A DNA stretch of 64,000 nt, from assembly GCA_964486865.1 (NCBI GenBank), contig CAZAOZ010000010.1, forward strand, positions 6,255 through 70,254, read 5' to 3'. A program made the translations under genes and the position numbers. The notes under the pieces were generated by a model. The model had not been told where the DNA came from, made no database searches, and saw only the letters and a list, made by a program, of their open reading frames with translations. Positions 49,174 to 59,039 of this stretch are shown here, piece after piece (position 1 is the stretch's first letter; every line of letters begins with the position of its first letter). Source of the DNA: an uncultured Bordetella sp. (GTDB taxonomy: Bacteria > Pseudomonadota > Gammaproteobacteria > Burkholderiales > SG8-41).

Positions 49174-50583
49174 TCAGATCACCCGCGAATAGCGCTGCGT
49201 CTCCTGCTCGCGCCGCAAATACCGGTCGAACACCATGCAGATATTGCGCACCAGCATGCGGCCGCGCGGCGTGACGGTGATCCATTCGCCGTTGAGTTCC
49301 ACCAGGCCGTCCCGCGCCAGCTGCCGCAGATCCGCGATCTCCTCGGCGAAATAGCGGTCGAAATCGAGCAGGTAGGCAATGCCGATCGATTCCTTGGACA
49401 CCCGGAACTGGCAGGTCAGCGCCTGAATCACGGCGCGGCGCGCCAGATCGTCCTGCGACAGCTCCATGCCGCGCGCCACCGGCAGCAGGCCGTGATCCAG
49501 ACTGTCGTAGTAACTGTCAAGGTCACGATGGTTCTGGCTGTAGGTCGGACCGATGGCGCCGATCGATGAAACACCGAGGCCGATCAGGTCGCAATCGGCG
49601 TGCGTCGAGTATCCCTGGAAATTGCGGTGCAGGCGCCCGTCGCGCTGCGCCAGCGCCAGCGCATCCCCGGGCCTGGCAAAATGATCCATGCCGATATAGA
49701 CATAACCGGCCGCTCCCAGCCGCTGCGCCGCCAGCCCGATCAATTTGAGCTTGATGTCGGGCGACGGCAGTTCCGCATCGACGATGCGGCGCTGGGGCTT
49801 GAAACGGGTCGGCAGATGGGCGTAGTTGTAAATCGCGATGCGATCGGGCTGCGCGACGACGACCTTGTCCAGCGTGCGGCCGAAGGTTTCCAGGGTCTGC
49901 CGCGGCAGGCCATAGATCAAATCCACGTTGATCGACGCGAAACCGGCGTCCCGCGCGGTTGCCATGACCTCCAGCGTCTGCTTTTCATTCTGAATGCGGT
50001 TAACCGCGCGCTGCACATCCGGATCGAAATCCTGCACCCCCATGCTGATGCGGTTGAAACCCATGTCACGCAATGCGTGGATCTTTTCGCCATCCACGCT
50101 GCGCGGATCGATTTCGATGGAGTATTCCCCGTCCGGCGCCATGCGGAAATGACGCCCCAGATGCCCCCACAGCGATGCCAGCTGCGGCATCGTGAAAAAC
50201 GTCGGCGTGCCGCCGCCCCAATGCATCTGCTCGACGACAGGGTCATCCCGGAACAGCGGCCCCTGCAAATCGATTTCCCGGAACAGATATTCGAGATACT
50301 GCTCGCCCTTGCCGCGATTACGCGTGATCACCTTGTTGCAGGCGCAATAAAAACAGATCGTGCTGCAAAACGGCAGATGCACATAAATCGACAGCGCGCG
50401 GCGTATGCCGCCGATATTCCGGCGCGCCACCCAGGATTGATAGATTTCGGAGCCGAACGCTTCCACAAAGCGGTCTGCCGTCGGATAGGATGTGTAGCGC
50501 GGACCGTTACGGTCCAGGCGCCGGATCAGGTCGAGATCAACCTCAAAGGACAGGTGATCGGGGAGCGCTACAGGGGTGTTCAT
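49174..50583 (-). CDS. hemN: oxygen-independent coproporphyrinogen III oxidase (radical SAM)
   Basis: About 469 aa from ATG 50583. GPRYTSYPTA, radical-SAM CxxxCxxC (CSTICFYCAC) and the HemN C-terminal domain. Confidence 0.9.
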   Translation of the reverse strand: MNTPVALPDHLSFEVDLDLIRRLDRNGPRYTSYPTADRFVEAFGSEIYQSWVARRNIGGIRRALSIYVHLPFCSTICFYCACNKVITRNRGKGEQYLEYLFREIDLQGPLFRDDPVVEQMHWGGGTPTFFTMPQLASLWGHLGRHFRMAPDGEYSIEIDPRSVDGEKIHALRDMGFNRISMGVQDFDPDVQRAVNRIQNEKQTLEVMATARDAGFASINVDLIYGLPRQTLETFGRTLDKVVVAQPDRIAIYNYAHLPTRFKPQRRIVDAELPSPDIKLKLIGLAAQRLGAAGYVYIGMDHFARPGDALALAQRDGRLHRNFQGYSTHADCDLIGLGVSSIGAIGPTYSQNHRDLDSYYDSLDHGLLPVARGMELSQDDLARRAVIQALTCQFRVSKESIGIAYLLDFDRYFAEEIADLRQLARDGLVELNGEWITVTPRGRMLVRNICMVFDRYLRREQETQRYSRVI

Positions 50584-50636
50584 GGGGTTCCGGTAACCGT
50601 ATGTGCGCCATTGTGACCATATTGCGCCAAACGGAT

Positions 50637-50650
50637 TTGACATGGATCAA
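50637..50650. promoter_or_regulatory. FNR box TTGACATGGATCAA between hemN and fnr
   Basis: 9/10 match to TTGAT-N4-ATCAA. Centre lies about 60 bp upstream of the hemN ATG. Confidence 0.6.
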
Positions 50651-50727
50651 TATGGGGGTAGGATTACGACTGTCCACAGTGCTGCTGCACTGCCGCACCG
50701 CCCGCCCCGCAACCTCCGGATGCCTGA

Positions 50728-51471
50728 ATGACAGGATCGCTGCACATCGTTGAAATCGGCAAGCTCAAGACCGCCTGCTCCGCCTGCAGCCTGCATGAGT
50801 TGTGCCTGCCCGCGGGACTCACGCCAGACGAACTGAAATCCGTGGACCAGGTCATTGACCAGCGGCGACCGGTGAAGCGCGGCGACTACCTGTTCCGGGC
50901 GGGCGCCACCCTGCACGCACTCTATGCCATACGCTCGGGTTTCATCAAAAGCTGCGTGCTGCATGAAGACGGGCGGGAACAGGTCGCCGGTTTTCACATG
51001 ATGGGCGATCTGATGGGCATGGACGCCATCGGCACCAATCAGCACCTGTGCGATGCCGTGGCGCTGGAAGACAGCGATGTCTGCGAAATTCCGTTGAAGG
51101 ATCTGGAAACGCTGTCGCGCCAGATTCCGTCATTGCAGCAGCATTTTCACCGCATCATGAGCCGCGAAATCGCCCGCGACCATGGGGTGATGCTGCTGCT
51201 CGGCAGCATGCGCGCCGAGGAGCGGCTCGCCGCATTCCTGCTCAACCTGTCCCAGCGTTTCGCCCTGCGCGGCTATTCGCCGACCGAGTTTCACCTGCGC
51301 ATGACGCGTGAGGAAATCGGCAGTTACCTCGGCCTCAAGCTCGAAACCGTCAGTCGCGCGCTGTCGCACTTCCAGGCGCAGGGGCTGATCGCCGTGCAGA
51401 ACAAGCACCTGCGCATCCTGCAAATCGACGGCCTCCGCGAACTGGTCGGCCAGCACAGCTGCCGCACCTGA
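50728..51471 (+). CDS. fnr: FNR-type oxygen-sensing Crp/Fnr regulator
   Basis: 247 aa. N-terminal Cys cluster CSACSLHELC plus an internal Cys. HTH with EIGSYLGLKLETVSR (E--SR recognition motif). Confidence 0.9.
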   Translation: MTGSLHIVEIGKLKTACSACSLHELCLPAGLTPDELKSVDQVIDQRRPVKRGDYLFRAGATLHALYAIRSGFIKSCVLHEDGREQVAGFHMMGDLMGMDAIGTNQHLCDAVALEDSDVCEIPLKDLETLSRQIPSLQQHFHRIMSREIARDHGVMLLLGSMRAEERLAAFLLNLSQRFALRGYSPTEFHLRMTREEIGSYLGLKLETVSRALSHFQAQGLIAVQNKHLRILQIDGLRELVGQHSCRT

Positions 51472-51476
51472 AACGG

Positions 51477-51797
51477 TTATTGCGGGGCGTAGCCGTAACG
51501 CGTACGGCCCAGAAATTCCACGACATCGGCGACATCCTGCGCATCCCAGCGCAATTGTTCCGCCTGCTGCCAGCGATCGATAACACCGCGCAACTCGTCC
51601 CTGCTGATCGGCAGTCTGTTGGGACGGCTATGCACCCGCGGCGTATGGCACACCACGCAGTGATTCTCATAGAGCGCCCGTCCGCGCTCCGGGTCGGCAA
51701 CGCCCTGCCCGGCAGCAGGCAGCGGCAGCACCACTATGGCCGCAACCATCGCCAGCCGCCGGATCATCCGCAGCGCCGCCATCCCGCCCGCACTCAA
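51477..51797 (-). CDS. small exported monohaem cytochrome c
   Basis: 106 aa with signal peptide and a single CVVCH motif. 4-nt overlap with the hsp20 stop. Confidence 0.7.
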   Translation of the reverse strand: MSAGGMAALRMIRRLAMVAAIVVLPLPAAGQGVADPERGRALYENHCVVCHTPRVHSRPNRLPISRDELRGVIDRWQQAEQLRWDAQDVADVVEFLGRTRYGYAPQ

Positions 51798-52219
51798 GTC
51801 ACCGTGATTTTCCGGGTTGACGATTTCATTTTCACCGGTAACGTCAGCGTCAGTACGCCGTCGGCAGATTTGGCGACCACCTTGTTTTCATCCACTTCCT
51901 GGGGCAGTACGAAACTGCGCGACACAGCGCCGTAGTACCGCTCGCTGCGGATCACTTCCTCGCCCTTTTTCTCTTCTTTTTCCTTGCGCACTTCCCCGGA
52001 GATGGTGACCTGATTGCCATCGACCGTCACCTGAATGTCATCCTTGGCCACGCCCGGCATTTCCGCTTCCACGGTATAGGTATCGTCGGTCTTGGCGACA
52101 TCCATCTTGAGCCGCAACTGCGAATCATCATCGAAATCGAAACGCATCGGCCGCAAGAACAGGCCCTTGAAAAAATCATCGACATCGTTCGCCGGATTGA
52201 CACGTGTAATGTTGGTCAT
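51794..52219 (-). CDS. Hsp20/alpha-crystallin small heat-shock protein
   Basis: 141 aa with alpha-crystallin domain (DDTYTVEAEMPGVAKDDIQVTVDGNQVTISGE...RSFVLPQEVD). Confidence 0.9.
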   Translation of the reverse strand: MTNITRVNPANDVDDFFKGLFLRPMRFDFDDDSQLRLKMDVAKTDDTYTVEAEMPGVAKDDIQVTVDGNQVTISGEVRKEKEEKKGEEVIRSERYYGAVSRSFVLPQEVDENKVVAKSADGVLTLTLPVKMKSSTRKITVT

Positions 52220-52318
52220 GATCTGCTCCTGAAATAATTACCCGGCCGATCTTTGTGCCGCTCTCATACCGGCACTATCGCCGCAGAAATCATGCTATGC
52301 CCGCGGCACCCGGACATG

Positions 52319-52332
52319 TTGACCTGTGTCAA
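52319..52332. promoter_or_regulatory. palindromic TTGACCTGTGTCAA box upstream of hsp20
   Basis: TTGAC-N4-GTCAA. Centre lies about 106 bp upstream of the hsp20 ATG. Confidence 0.5.
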
Positions 52333-52405
52333 TGCGCGCCGCCGGCGCAGCCCGGCGGGAAGGCGACCTCTCACCGGAATACACGAGGGCCCGCCGTTGA
52401 TCCGG

Positions 52406-52957
52406 TTATTTTCCGCCTGACAGTTGCAACTGCTGCATCAACGCGCTGGGCGTCAGTGCCGTATAGTCGTGGCGAATTTGCTCCAGCCGGACTGTCGGCT
52501 GCAACGCCGCCTGCACGGACTCGCGCAGCATGCCCAGCATTTTCGGGTTGGCGGACAGCACCACCAGACCGGATTTCCAGCTGCCGAACAGCTTTTTGAC
52601 CTGCGCGGCTATTTCGTGGGCGAAGCGCCGCTCGATTTCCGCACGGTGCTGCGCGCGTTTCTCGCCGATGGGATGCATGGGGCCCAGCTGACGGCTGGTA
52701 TTGCGTTCCGTGCGCACGCCGGGTGCATCGGCGCCCCTCGCCGCAGACACGGCGTTGTTCAGGCCGGTCTGCTCGGCGAGGCGGTAGCGCGCCCGGGGCT
52801 GCGCGGTTTCCTCAAGGACGAAAAAGCGCGCCCGTAGTCCGTTGGCGACCACCACGCAACAGCGGTCGCTCAACACCCCGCCCCGGTGCGTCGCGCCGGT
52901 GGATGATTTTGCAGTGCTGCCTTTACGGACTGTCGCCATGGGGCTGGTCCCTTTCAT
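52406..52957 (-). CDS. host-attachment-protein-family protein
   Basis: 183 aa. VVVANGLRARFFVL ... RFAHEIAAQV layout typical of the Host_attach family. 4-nt overlap with the upstream gene. Confidence 0.55.
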   Translation of the reverse strand: MKGTSPMATVRKGSTAKSSTGATHRGGVLSDRCCVVVANGLRARFFVLEETAQPRARYRLAEQTGLNNAVSAARGADAPGVRTERNTSRQLGPMHPIGEKRAQHRAEIERRFAHEIAAQVKKLFGSWKSGLVVLSANPKMLGMLRESVQAALQPTVRLEQIRHDYTALTPSALMQQLQLSGGK

Positions 52958-53199
52958 GGCTGGACGTGGTGGCGTTTGAGCAATGCTTCAAGCTCGGCAG
53001 CGGCAGCACGTTCGTCATCCTTCCGGCATTCACCTGCACAGAGATCGCGGTAGCGCGCCGCACGGAAATAAGCCGCCGCTGTAACCAGATGCTGCTTTTC
53101 ATCCTTGGGAATGACCACTTTTACGGAAACCCGCCGCCGCTTTGCCGGCTTGGCCGTCCTGATGTCTGATTTCAAAGGTTTTTTTTTGACCATGTGCAT
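52954..53199 (-). CDS. small basic protein, DUF2934-like
   Basis: 81 aa. The AAAYFRAARYRD...ERAAAAELEALL segment resembles the DUF2934 AYFxAExRG...DWxxAE motif. Confidence 0.4.
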   Translation of the reverse strand: MHMVKKKPLKSDIRTAKPAKRRRVSVKVVIPKDEKQHLVTAAAYFRAARYRDLCAGECRKDDERAAAAELEALLKRHHVQP

Positions 53200-53287
53200 T
53201 ACCTCCTGACACCACCCGATTCACGCACCGCCGTGTTCAACACAAACTCCACAGCATCATGCTGCGCCCGGAGGCGATGGATGCGCC

Positions 53288-53301
53288 TTGACACAGGTCA
53301 A
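53288..53301. promoter_or_regulatory. palindromic TTGACACAGGTCAA box
   Basis: TTGAC-N4-GTCAA. Centre lies about 95 bp upstream of the ATG at 53199. Confidence 0.5.
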
Positions 53302-53537
53302 ACGGAACGATTGATCTGCGCGGACGAGCGCTGCAGAAAACAGGTGAAGGCGCTGGAAGCAGCGGCAATCCCCCAGAACATGAAGAATCCCAGCGAATAA
53401 ACCGCGGTCGGCGACCAATGCACCGGCTGTCCGAGCAGGTACAGTTCCTGCGGGTCGATCAGGGTAAAGAACACCATTTCCGCGATGCCGCCGACGATGA
53501 ACGACGGCCACAGTATCCAGATCAGTTGCTTGCCCAT
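53298..53537 (-). CDS. small two-TM membrane protein of unknown function
   Basis: From ATG 53537: MGKQLIWILWPSFIVGGIAEMVFFTLIDP...YSLGFFMFWGIAAASSAF. Confidence 0.45.
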   Translation of the reverse strand: MGKQLIWILWPSFIVGGIAEMVFFTLIDPQELYLLGQPVHWSPTAVYSLGFFMFWGIAAASSAFTCFLQRSSAQINRSV

Positions 53538-53559
53538 GGTGATGGTCTCCTGCTCCGTT

Positions 53560-53718
53560 TCAAGTCTTCCCGGGACCATCGCGGGATTCCCCGCTCTCGT
53601 CCTCTGTCATTTTCCTGCGGAAAAACAAATACATCCAGACACCGATGCCGATCACCACCACGATCGTCAGCAGGCTGAGCAGGCCGGCATCCGAACCAAA
53701 CAGCAGCTTCCACGCCAT
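53560..53718 (-). CDS. 52-aa single-TM protein (DUF3149-like), below the ORF-track length cutoff
   Basis: Hand translation: MAWKLLFGSDAGLLSLLTIVVVIGIGVWMYLFFRRKMTEDESGESRDGPGKT. It sits between ccoH and the next small membrane ORF. Confidence 0.4.
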   Translation of the reverse strand: MAWKLLFGSDAGLLSLLTIVVVIGIGVWMYLFFRRKMTEDESGESRDGPGKT

Positions 53719-53731
53719 GGGACACCTCCTC

Positions 53732-54250
53732 CTATTGCAGGTTTGCCGGTTTCAGCACGATGCGATCATGCATGGGAAACGCGGCATCGGCGGTCAGCCG
53801 CCATGCCGATTGCGCATCTTCGAGTACGAGGATCCGGCGTCCGTCAGCCAATCCCGGCGCAATGCCCTCATAGGTGCCGGGCCGGCCTTGCCGCAGCAAT
53901 ATCACGCCGTCCATGCCGGCACGCGTCGGATGCACGATGCGCAGACTCAATAGGTCCGGCAACGGCACGCCCGCCGCGGCCGCCAGTTGCACGGTCACGC
54001 TGCGCCCTTCCCCGGACATCACGGCCGTGGCGCGATAGCCGCGCTGCGCCGCCAGCGCGTCGCGCTGTATCGCCTGATTGATCGCCATGCCCTGTTTGTA
54101 ATAATCGTCAACGACCAGGCCGTCGCTGCTGGCCACCGCGATCCAGATGGTTGCAAAACCCGCAACCACCACGGCCGCCGGACCCGCCATCAGCAGCCAC
54201 GGCCACGGCTCCCGGTACCACGGTCCCGCATCGACTTCCGCGAATTTCAT
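53732..54250 (-). CDS. ccoH: FixH/CcoH-family cbb3 oxidase assembly protein
   Basis: From ATG 54250 (GGAGG upstream): MKFAEVDAGPWYREPWPWLLMAGPAAVVVAGF...VVDDYYKQG. Confidence 0.75.
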   Translation of the reverse strand: MKFAEVDAGPWYREPWPWLLMAGPAAVVVAGFATIWIAVASSDGLVVDDYYKQGMAINQAIQRDALAAQRGYRATAVMSGEGRSVTVQLAAAAGVPLPDLLSLRIVHPTRAGMDGVILLRQGRPGTYEGIAPGLADGRRILVLEDAQSAWRLTADAAFPMHDRIVLKPANLQ

Positions 54251-54272
54251 TCCAGCCTCCTTAATAGTTACC

Positions 54273-55694
54273 TTAGCGGACAAAAAACCGGGATTTTTCA
54301 TCAGCCCTGACTTCCGTGCGTTCAATGTCATTGATGTGGAACATGATCACATGCGAACCCGGCGCCAGACCCGCCGGATCCACGCGCACCACCACCGGAA
54401 ACGCCTGCGTGGTCGCCGGCGGCACTGCGATCGGCTGCTGCACCACCACTTCCAGCCCCGGCAAACCGCTGACGGCCACCTGGTAGCGGTGCGTGTTTTC
54501 GTCAGTATTGATGAACTGCAACCGGTACACGTTCTCGATGCGTCCGCCCGCTCCGTCGCGCACCATGGCGCCGCGGTCGCGCAGCACATCGACCTTCAGC
54601 GGACTCCTCAACAGCAACCCGGCGAAAAACGCAATCACGATGGCGACCAGCAGTGCGCTGTAGATCAGCACGCGCGGACGCGCCACGTGGCGCCTGATGT
54701 CGCCATCGGCATACTTTCCCGCCACGGCATTTTCAGTGGAATACCGGATCAGGCCCCGCGGGTATCCCATGCGATCCATGACCTGATCGCAGCCGTCGAT
54801 GCAGGCGGCGCAGCCGATGCATTCATACTGCAGCCCCTGGCGGATATCGATGCCCGTGGGGCAGACCTGCACGCAGATATTGCAGTCCACGCAGTCGCCC
54901 AGCCCCAGCGCGTGCGGATCCGCTTTTCTCGTGCGCGAGCCGCGCGGTTCGCCGCGCTTCGCATCGTAGGTAATGACCAGCGTGTCGGAATCGAACATCA
55001 CGCTCTGGAAGCGCGCGTACGGGCACATATACTTGCAGACCTGTTCGCGCATCCAGCCGGCATTGCCGTAGGTGGCGAATCCGTAGAAAAAAATCCAGAA
55101 TGTCTCCCACGGCCCGAGCGTCCAGTTGACGAACGACACCGCCAACGTGTTGATCGGCGTGAAATAGCCGACAAAGGTGAATCCCGTCCACAGGGCCAGC
55201 GCAATCCACACGCCGTGCTTGAATACCTTCAAGCCAACCTTGCGTGCGCCCGGCGACGACCGGTCGAGGCGCATGCGCTGCACATGATCGCCCTCGATCC
55301 TGCGCTCGATCCACATGAACATCTCGGTGTACACCGTCTGCGGGCAGGCATAGCCGCACCACAACCGGCCGGCTACCGCCGTAAACAGAAACAGCAGGTA
55401 GGCGGAAATGATCAGCAGCACCGTCAGGAATATGAAATCCTGCGGCCAGAACACCAACCCGAATATGTAGAACTTGCGGGATACGAGGTCAAACAATACA
55501 GCCTGACGGTCATTCCAGGTCAGCCACGGCATGCCGTAGAAAACGATTTGCGTGGCAAGGACCAGCGCCACACGCCAGCGCGCAAACACTCCGGTTACAG
55601 CCCGGGCATAAATCTCCTTGCGGACTTCATACAGCGAGACTTCGACTTCATCGACAGCCGACGCCGGCGGCGACGCGCGGTCCGGCGCAAGCAT
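54273..55694 (-). CDS. ccoG: cytochrome c oxidase accessory protein CcoG/FixG (polyferredoxin membrane protein)
   Basis: 473 aa with TM segments and two ferredoxin motifs, CVDCNICVQVCP and CIGCAACIDGC. Confidence 0.9.
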   Translation of the reverse strand: MLAPDRASPPASAVDEVEVSLYEVRKEIYARAVTGVFARWRVALVLATQIVFYGMPWLTWNDRQAVLFDLVSRKFYIFGLVFWPQDFIFLTVLLIISAYLLFLFTAVAGRLWCGYACPQTVYTEMFMWIERRIEGDHVQRMRLDRSSPGARKVGLKVFKHGVWIALALWTGFTFVGYFTPINTLAVSFVNWTLGPWETFWIFFYGFATYGNAGWMREQVCKYMCPYARFQSVMFDSDTLVITYDAKRGEPRGSRTRKADPHALGLGDCVDCNICVQVCPTGIDIRQGLQYECIGCAACIDGCDQVMDRMGYPRGLIRYSTENAVAGKYADGDIRRHVARPRVLIYSALLVAIVIAFFAGLLLRSPLKVDVLRDRGAMVRDGAGGRIENVYRLQFINTDENTHRYQVAVSGLPGLEVVVQQPIAVPPATTQAFPVVVRVDPAGLAPGSHVIMFHINDIERTEVRADEKSRFFVR

Positions 55695-56609
55695 TTACTT
55701 CCCGGCCTGACCCGAGATGCCGAGCACGTACGCGGTCAGCAGATGCACCTTGCCTTCGTCGAGAAAATCCCTGTGCGCCGGCATCTGGTTGATCCGCCCC
55801 CTGACGATGGTTTCGGTGATGGCTGCCTCGGTGCCGCCATGCAGCCAGATGTCGTCGGTCAGGTTCGGTGCGCCGACCTGCTGGTTGCCCTTGCCGTCCG
55901 CACCATGACAGGCCGCGCAGACAGCCGCAAACTTCGGCTTGCCGCGTTGCGCGCGCAGGCCGTCATGGGTGCGTCCCGACAGCGACAGCACATGATGCAC
56001 GACATCGCGTACGTCCTCGCCGCCGCCGACTGCAGCCCCCAGCGGCGGCATCACGCCGTTGCGGCCGCCGTTGATCGTTGCGCGCACGGCATCGGGCGTG
56101 CCGCCGTACAGCCAGTCGCCGTCGCGCAGATTGGGATAGCCGCGCGATCCGCCGGCATCGGACCCGTGACACTGCGCGCAGTAATTCAGAAACAGGCGCT
56201 GGCCGATTTCACGCGCCTGCGGATCGGCCGCTACCGCCATCACGTCCTGCCTGAGGAACCGGTCAATGACCGGGCCGAAGGTCGCAGCCGCCTGTTTCTG
56301 CTCGTCTTCGTACTGGCCTTTGGAACTCCAGCCCAGATAACCCGTATACGATCCCAGCCCCGGATAGAGCAGCAGGTAGGCAAAGGAGAACACTATCGTG
56401 ATGTAGAACAGCCACATCCACCAGCTCGGCAGCGGGTTGTGCCATTCCTGCAGATCCTCGTCCCAGATATGACCGGTCGTGCCCGGCTTCTCTCCCGGAG
56501 CCAGCTTGCGCGTGGACATCACCTGCAACAGCACCGCGCAGGCCAGCAGGCTCGCTATGGTGATGATGGCGATATAAAAGCTCCAGCCGTCGTGGACAAA
56601 ATCACTCAT
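55695..56609 (-). CDS. ccoP: cbb3-type cytochrome c oxidase subunit III (dihaem)
   Basis: 304 aa with an N-terminal TM helix and two CxxCH motifs (CAQCH, CAACH). Confidence 0.9.
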   Translation of the reverse strand: MSDFVHDGWSFYIAIITIASLLACAVLLQVMSTRKLAPGEKPGTTGHIWDEDLQEWHNPLPSWWMWLFYITIVFSFAYLLLYPGLGSYTGYLGWSSKGQYEDEQKQAAATFGPVIDRFLRQDVMAVAADPQAREIGQRLFLNYCAQCHGSDAGGSRGYPNLRDGDWLYGGTPDAVRATINGGRNGVMPPLGAAVGGGEDVRDVVHHVLSLSGRTHDGLRAQRGKPKFAAVCAACHGADGKGNQQVGAPNLTDDIWLHGGTEAAITETIVRGRINQMPAHRDFLDEGKVHLLTAYVLGISGQAGK

Positions 56610-56785
56610 TGTTGCGCCCCCCCTTTACGGGTCAGCTCCTGTTCAGCCAGATCGTCATCGAGCGGCAGGCGCGCCGCGGCCTCGAAATCAGCCTTGCGCC
56701 GACCGCTCCAGGCCCACCACACAATGCCGATGAACACGACAAACAGCACTGCCGTCCATATTGAACGCATCAGGTTGATGTCCAT
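56606..56785 (-). CDS. ccoQ: cbb3-type oxidase subunit IV
   Basis: Hand translation of 59 aa: MDINLMRSIWTAVLFVVFIGIVWWAWSGRRKADFEAAARLPLDDD... ATGA overlap with ccoP. Absent from the ORF track (<60 aa). Confidence 0.75.
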   Translation of the reverse strand: MDINLMRSIWTAVLFVVFIGIVWWAWSGRRKADFEAAARLPLDDDLAEQELTRKGGAQQ

Positions 56786-56788
56786 GGG

Positions 56789-57406
56789 TTACCTCACATT
56801 CCGCAATACGGTGCCGAGGCCCTGCAGATAGGCCACCAGGGCATCCATTTCCGTCCTGCCCTTGACCGCTGCCGCGGCTCCGGCAACGTCCTCTTCGCTG
56901 TACGGTACTCCGAGCAGACGCAGCGCGCGCAGCTTCGCCGGCATGATGTCCGCATCGACCTGGGCCGAGTTGAGCCATGCATAGCCCGGCATGTTCGATT
57001 CCGGCACCAGATCGCGGGGATTGGTCAGATGCACGCGATGCCAGTCATCGGAATAGCGGCCGCCGACCCGCGCCAGGTCCGGCCCGGTACGCTTGCTGCC
57101 CCACAGGAACGGATGGTCATAGACGAATTCGCCCGCTACCGAATAATGTCCATAACGCTCAGTCTCGGCGCGAAACGGCCGGATCATCTGCGAATGGCAG
57201 TTGTAGCAGCCTTCGCGGATGTAGATGTCGCGCCCGGACAGTTGCAGCGGCGTGTACGGCTTCAGCCCGCTGACCGGCTGCGTGGTCGATTTCTGGAAAA
57301 ACAACGGCACGATCTCGACCAGACCGCCGAAGCTGATCGCCAGGATCACCAGCGCGACGAGCAGGCCCAGATTCTTTTCGATAATTGCATGGCCCGAACT
57401 ATCCAT
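56789..57406 (-). CDS. ccoO: cbb3-type cytochrome c oxidase subunit II (monohaem)
   Basis: 205 aa with an N-terminal TM helix and a CYNCH haem motif. Confidence 0.9.
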   Translation of the reverse strand: MDSSGHAIIEKNLGLLVALVILAISFGGLVEIVPLFFQKSTTQPVSGLKPYTPLQLSGRDIYIREGCYNCHSQMIRPFRAETERYGHYSVAGEFVYDHPFLWGSKRTGPDLARVGGRYSDDWHRVHLTNPRDLVPESNMPGYAWLNSAQVDADIMPAKLRALRLLGVPYSEEDVAGAAAAVKGRTEMDALVAYLQGLGTVLRNVR

Positions 57407-57459
57407 ACAGGCTCCCGATTTCTAAAATATGTTTAAAATCAACATGTCATATTGACACT

Positions 57460-58884
57460 TCAGGTGTGCGCCCCAGCCACGGCGGGTATCGGCGCATCTA
57501 CCGGCCGCTGCCCGACGACGGTCTTGTACACGTTCCAGGCCATGATCAGCATCCCGGAGAAATACAGTACGCCGCCGAGCAGCCGCACCGCGTAGTAGGG
57601 ATAGGTGGCCTTCACCGATTCAACGAAGGCATAAGTCAGCGTGCCGTCAGGATTCACCGCGCGCCACATCAAACCCTGCATGACACCGGCAATCCACATG
57701 GCCGCGATATAGAGCACGATGCCGATGGTCGCCACCCAGAAATGCAGCGTCACCAGCTTCATGCTGTGCATCTCGATACGTCCGTAGAGGCGCGGAATCA
57801 GGTAATAGAGGCTGCCGATCGACACCATGCCGACCCAGCCCAGCGCGCCGCTGTGCACATGGCCGATGGTCCAGTCGGTGAAATGCGACAGCGCATTCAC
57901 CGTCTTGATCGACATCATCGGCCCCTCGAAGGTTGACATGCCATAGAACGACAGCGACACGACGAGGAACTTCAGGATGGGATCGGTGCGCAGTTTATGC
58001 CAGGCGCCCGACAGCGTCATGATGCCGTTGATCATGCCGCCCCACGACGGCGCCAGCAGCACCAGCGAAAACAGCATGCCGATCGATTGCGCCCAGTCCG
58101 GCAGCGCGGTGTAATGCAGGTGGTGGGGCCCCGCCCACATGTAGGTAAAAATCAGCGTCCAGAAATGCACCACCGACAACCGGTAGGAGTACACCGGACG
58201 GCCGGCCTGCTTCGGGATGAAGTAATACATCATGCCCAGAAACCCCGCGGTCAGGAAAAAACCGACCGCGTTGTGGCCATACCACCACTGCACCATCGCA
58301 TCCTGCACGCCGGCATAGGCCGAGTACGATTTGGTCAGGCTGACCGGAACCGCCGCGCTGTTGACCAGATGCAGCACCGCCACCGTCAGGATAAACGCCC
58401 CGAAAAACCAGTTGGCAACATAGATATGCGGTGTCTTGCGCCTGGCCATGGTGCCGAAAAACACCACCGCATAGGACACCCACACCAGCGTAATCAGGAT
58501 GTCGATCGGCCATTCGAGTTCGGCATACTCCTTGGAACTGGTATAGCCGAGCGGCAACGTCACGGCCGCCAGCACGATGACCGCCTGCCAGCCCCAGAAC
58601 GTGAATGCCGCCAGGGCGTCGCCGAACAGGCGGACATGGCAGGTGCGCTGCACCACGTAATACGAGGTGGCGAACAGCGCCGATCCGCCAAAGGCAAAAA
58701 TCACCGCATTGGTATGCAGCGGCCGCAGCCGCCCGTAGGACAGCCAGGGCGCCAGGTTGAGTTCGGGCCAGATCAGCTGGGCGGCGATGAAAACCCCCAC
58801 CAGCATGCCGACGATGCCCCAGACCACGGTCATGATCGCAAACTGCCGGACCACCGTGTAGTTATAGGTCGATTGCACCTGCAT
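57460..58884 (-). CDS. ccoN: cbb3-type cytochrome c oxidase subunit I
   Basis: 474-aa 12-TM haem-copper oxidase with conserved His ligands (HFWTLIF..., [16 protein letters not shown]). Confidence 0.95.
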   Translation of the reverse strand: MQVQSTYNYTVVRQFAIMTVVWGIVGMLVGVFIAAQLIWPELNLAPWLSYGRLRPLHTNAVIFAFGGSALFATSYYVVQRTCHVRLFGDALAAFTFWGWQAVIVLAAVTLPLGYTSSKEYAELEWPIDILITLVWVSYAVVFFGTMARRKTPHIYVANWFFGAFILTVAVLHLVNSAAVPVSLTKSYSAYAGVQDAMVQWWYGHNAVGFFLTAGFLGMMYYFIPKQAGRPVYSYRLSVVHFWTLIFTYMWAGPHHLHYTALPDWAQSIGMLFSLVLLAPSWGGMINGIMTLSGAWHKLRTDPILKFLVVSLSFYGMSTFEGPMMSIKTVNALSHFTDWTIGHVHSGALGWVGMVSIGSLYYLIPRLYGRIEMHSMKLVTLHFWVATIGIVLYIAAMWIAGVMQGLMWRAVNPDGTLTYAFVESVKATYPYYAVRLLGGVLYFSGMLIMAWNVYKTVVGQRPVDAPIPAVAGAHT

Positions 58885-58943
58885 GACATCTCCCCGCCGG
58901 ATTGATCACGGGCAAAGAATAGTCAACGCTTTGGAGTGCCGGT

Positions 58944-58957
58944 TTGATCTACATCAA
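58944..58957. promoter_or_regulatory. perfect FNR box TTGATCTACATCAA shared by divergent ccoN and usp
   Basis: Centre is 66 bp from the ccoN ATG and 90 bp from the usp ATG. A half-site-quality second box, TTGATCACGGGCAA, lies at 58902-58915. Confidence 0.65.
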
Positions 58958-59039
58958 ACTGCGGTCGCGTGATTCGCACTAACGTGACCATATATTCCCG
59001 AAGCCCCGCGAGGGTCCAATCACACTGAGGAGAGCAGCC

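Noticed and set aside
53560-53718. The small ORF after ccoH as CcoS/FixS.
   Set aside because: It lacks the CcoS hallmark after the TM helix (W...SGQ(F/Y)DDL-type motif). It resembles DUF3149-like single-TM proteins instead, so it is reported only as a hypothetical small membrane protein.
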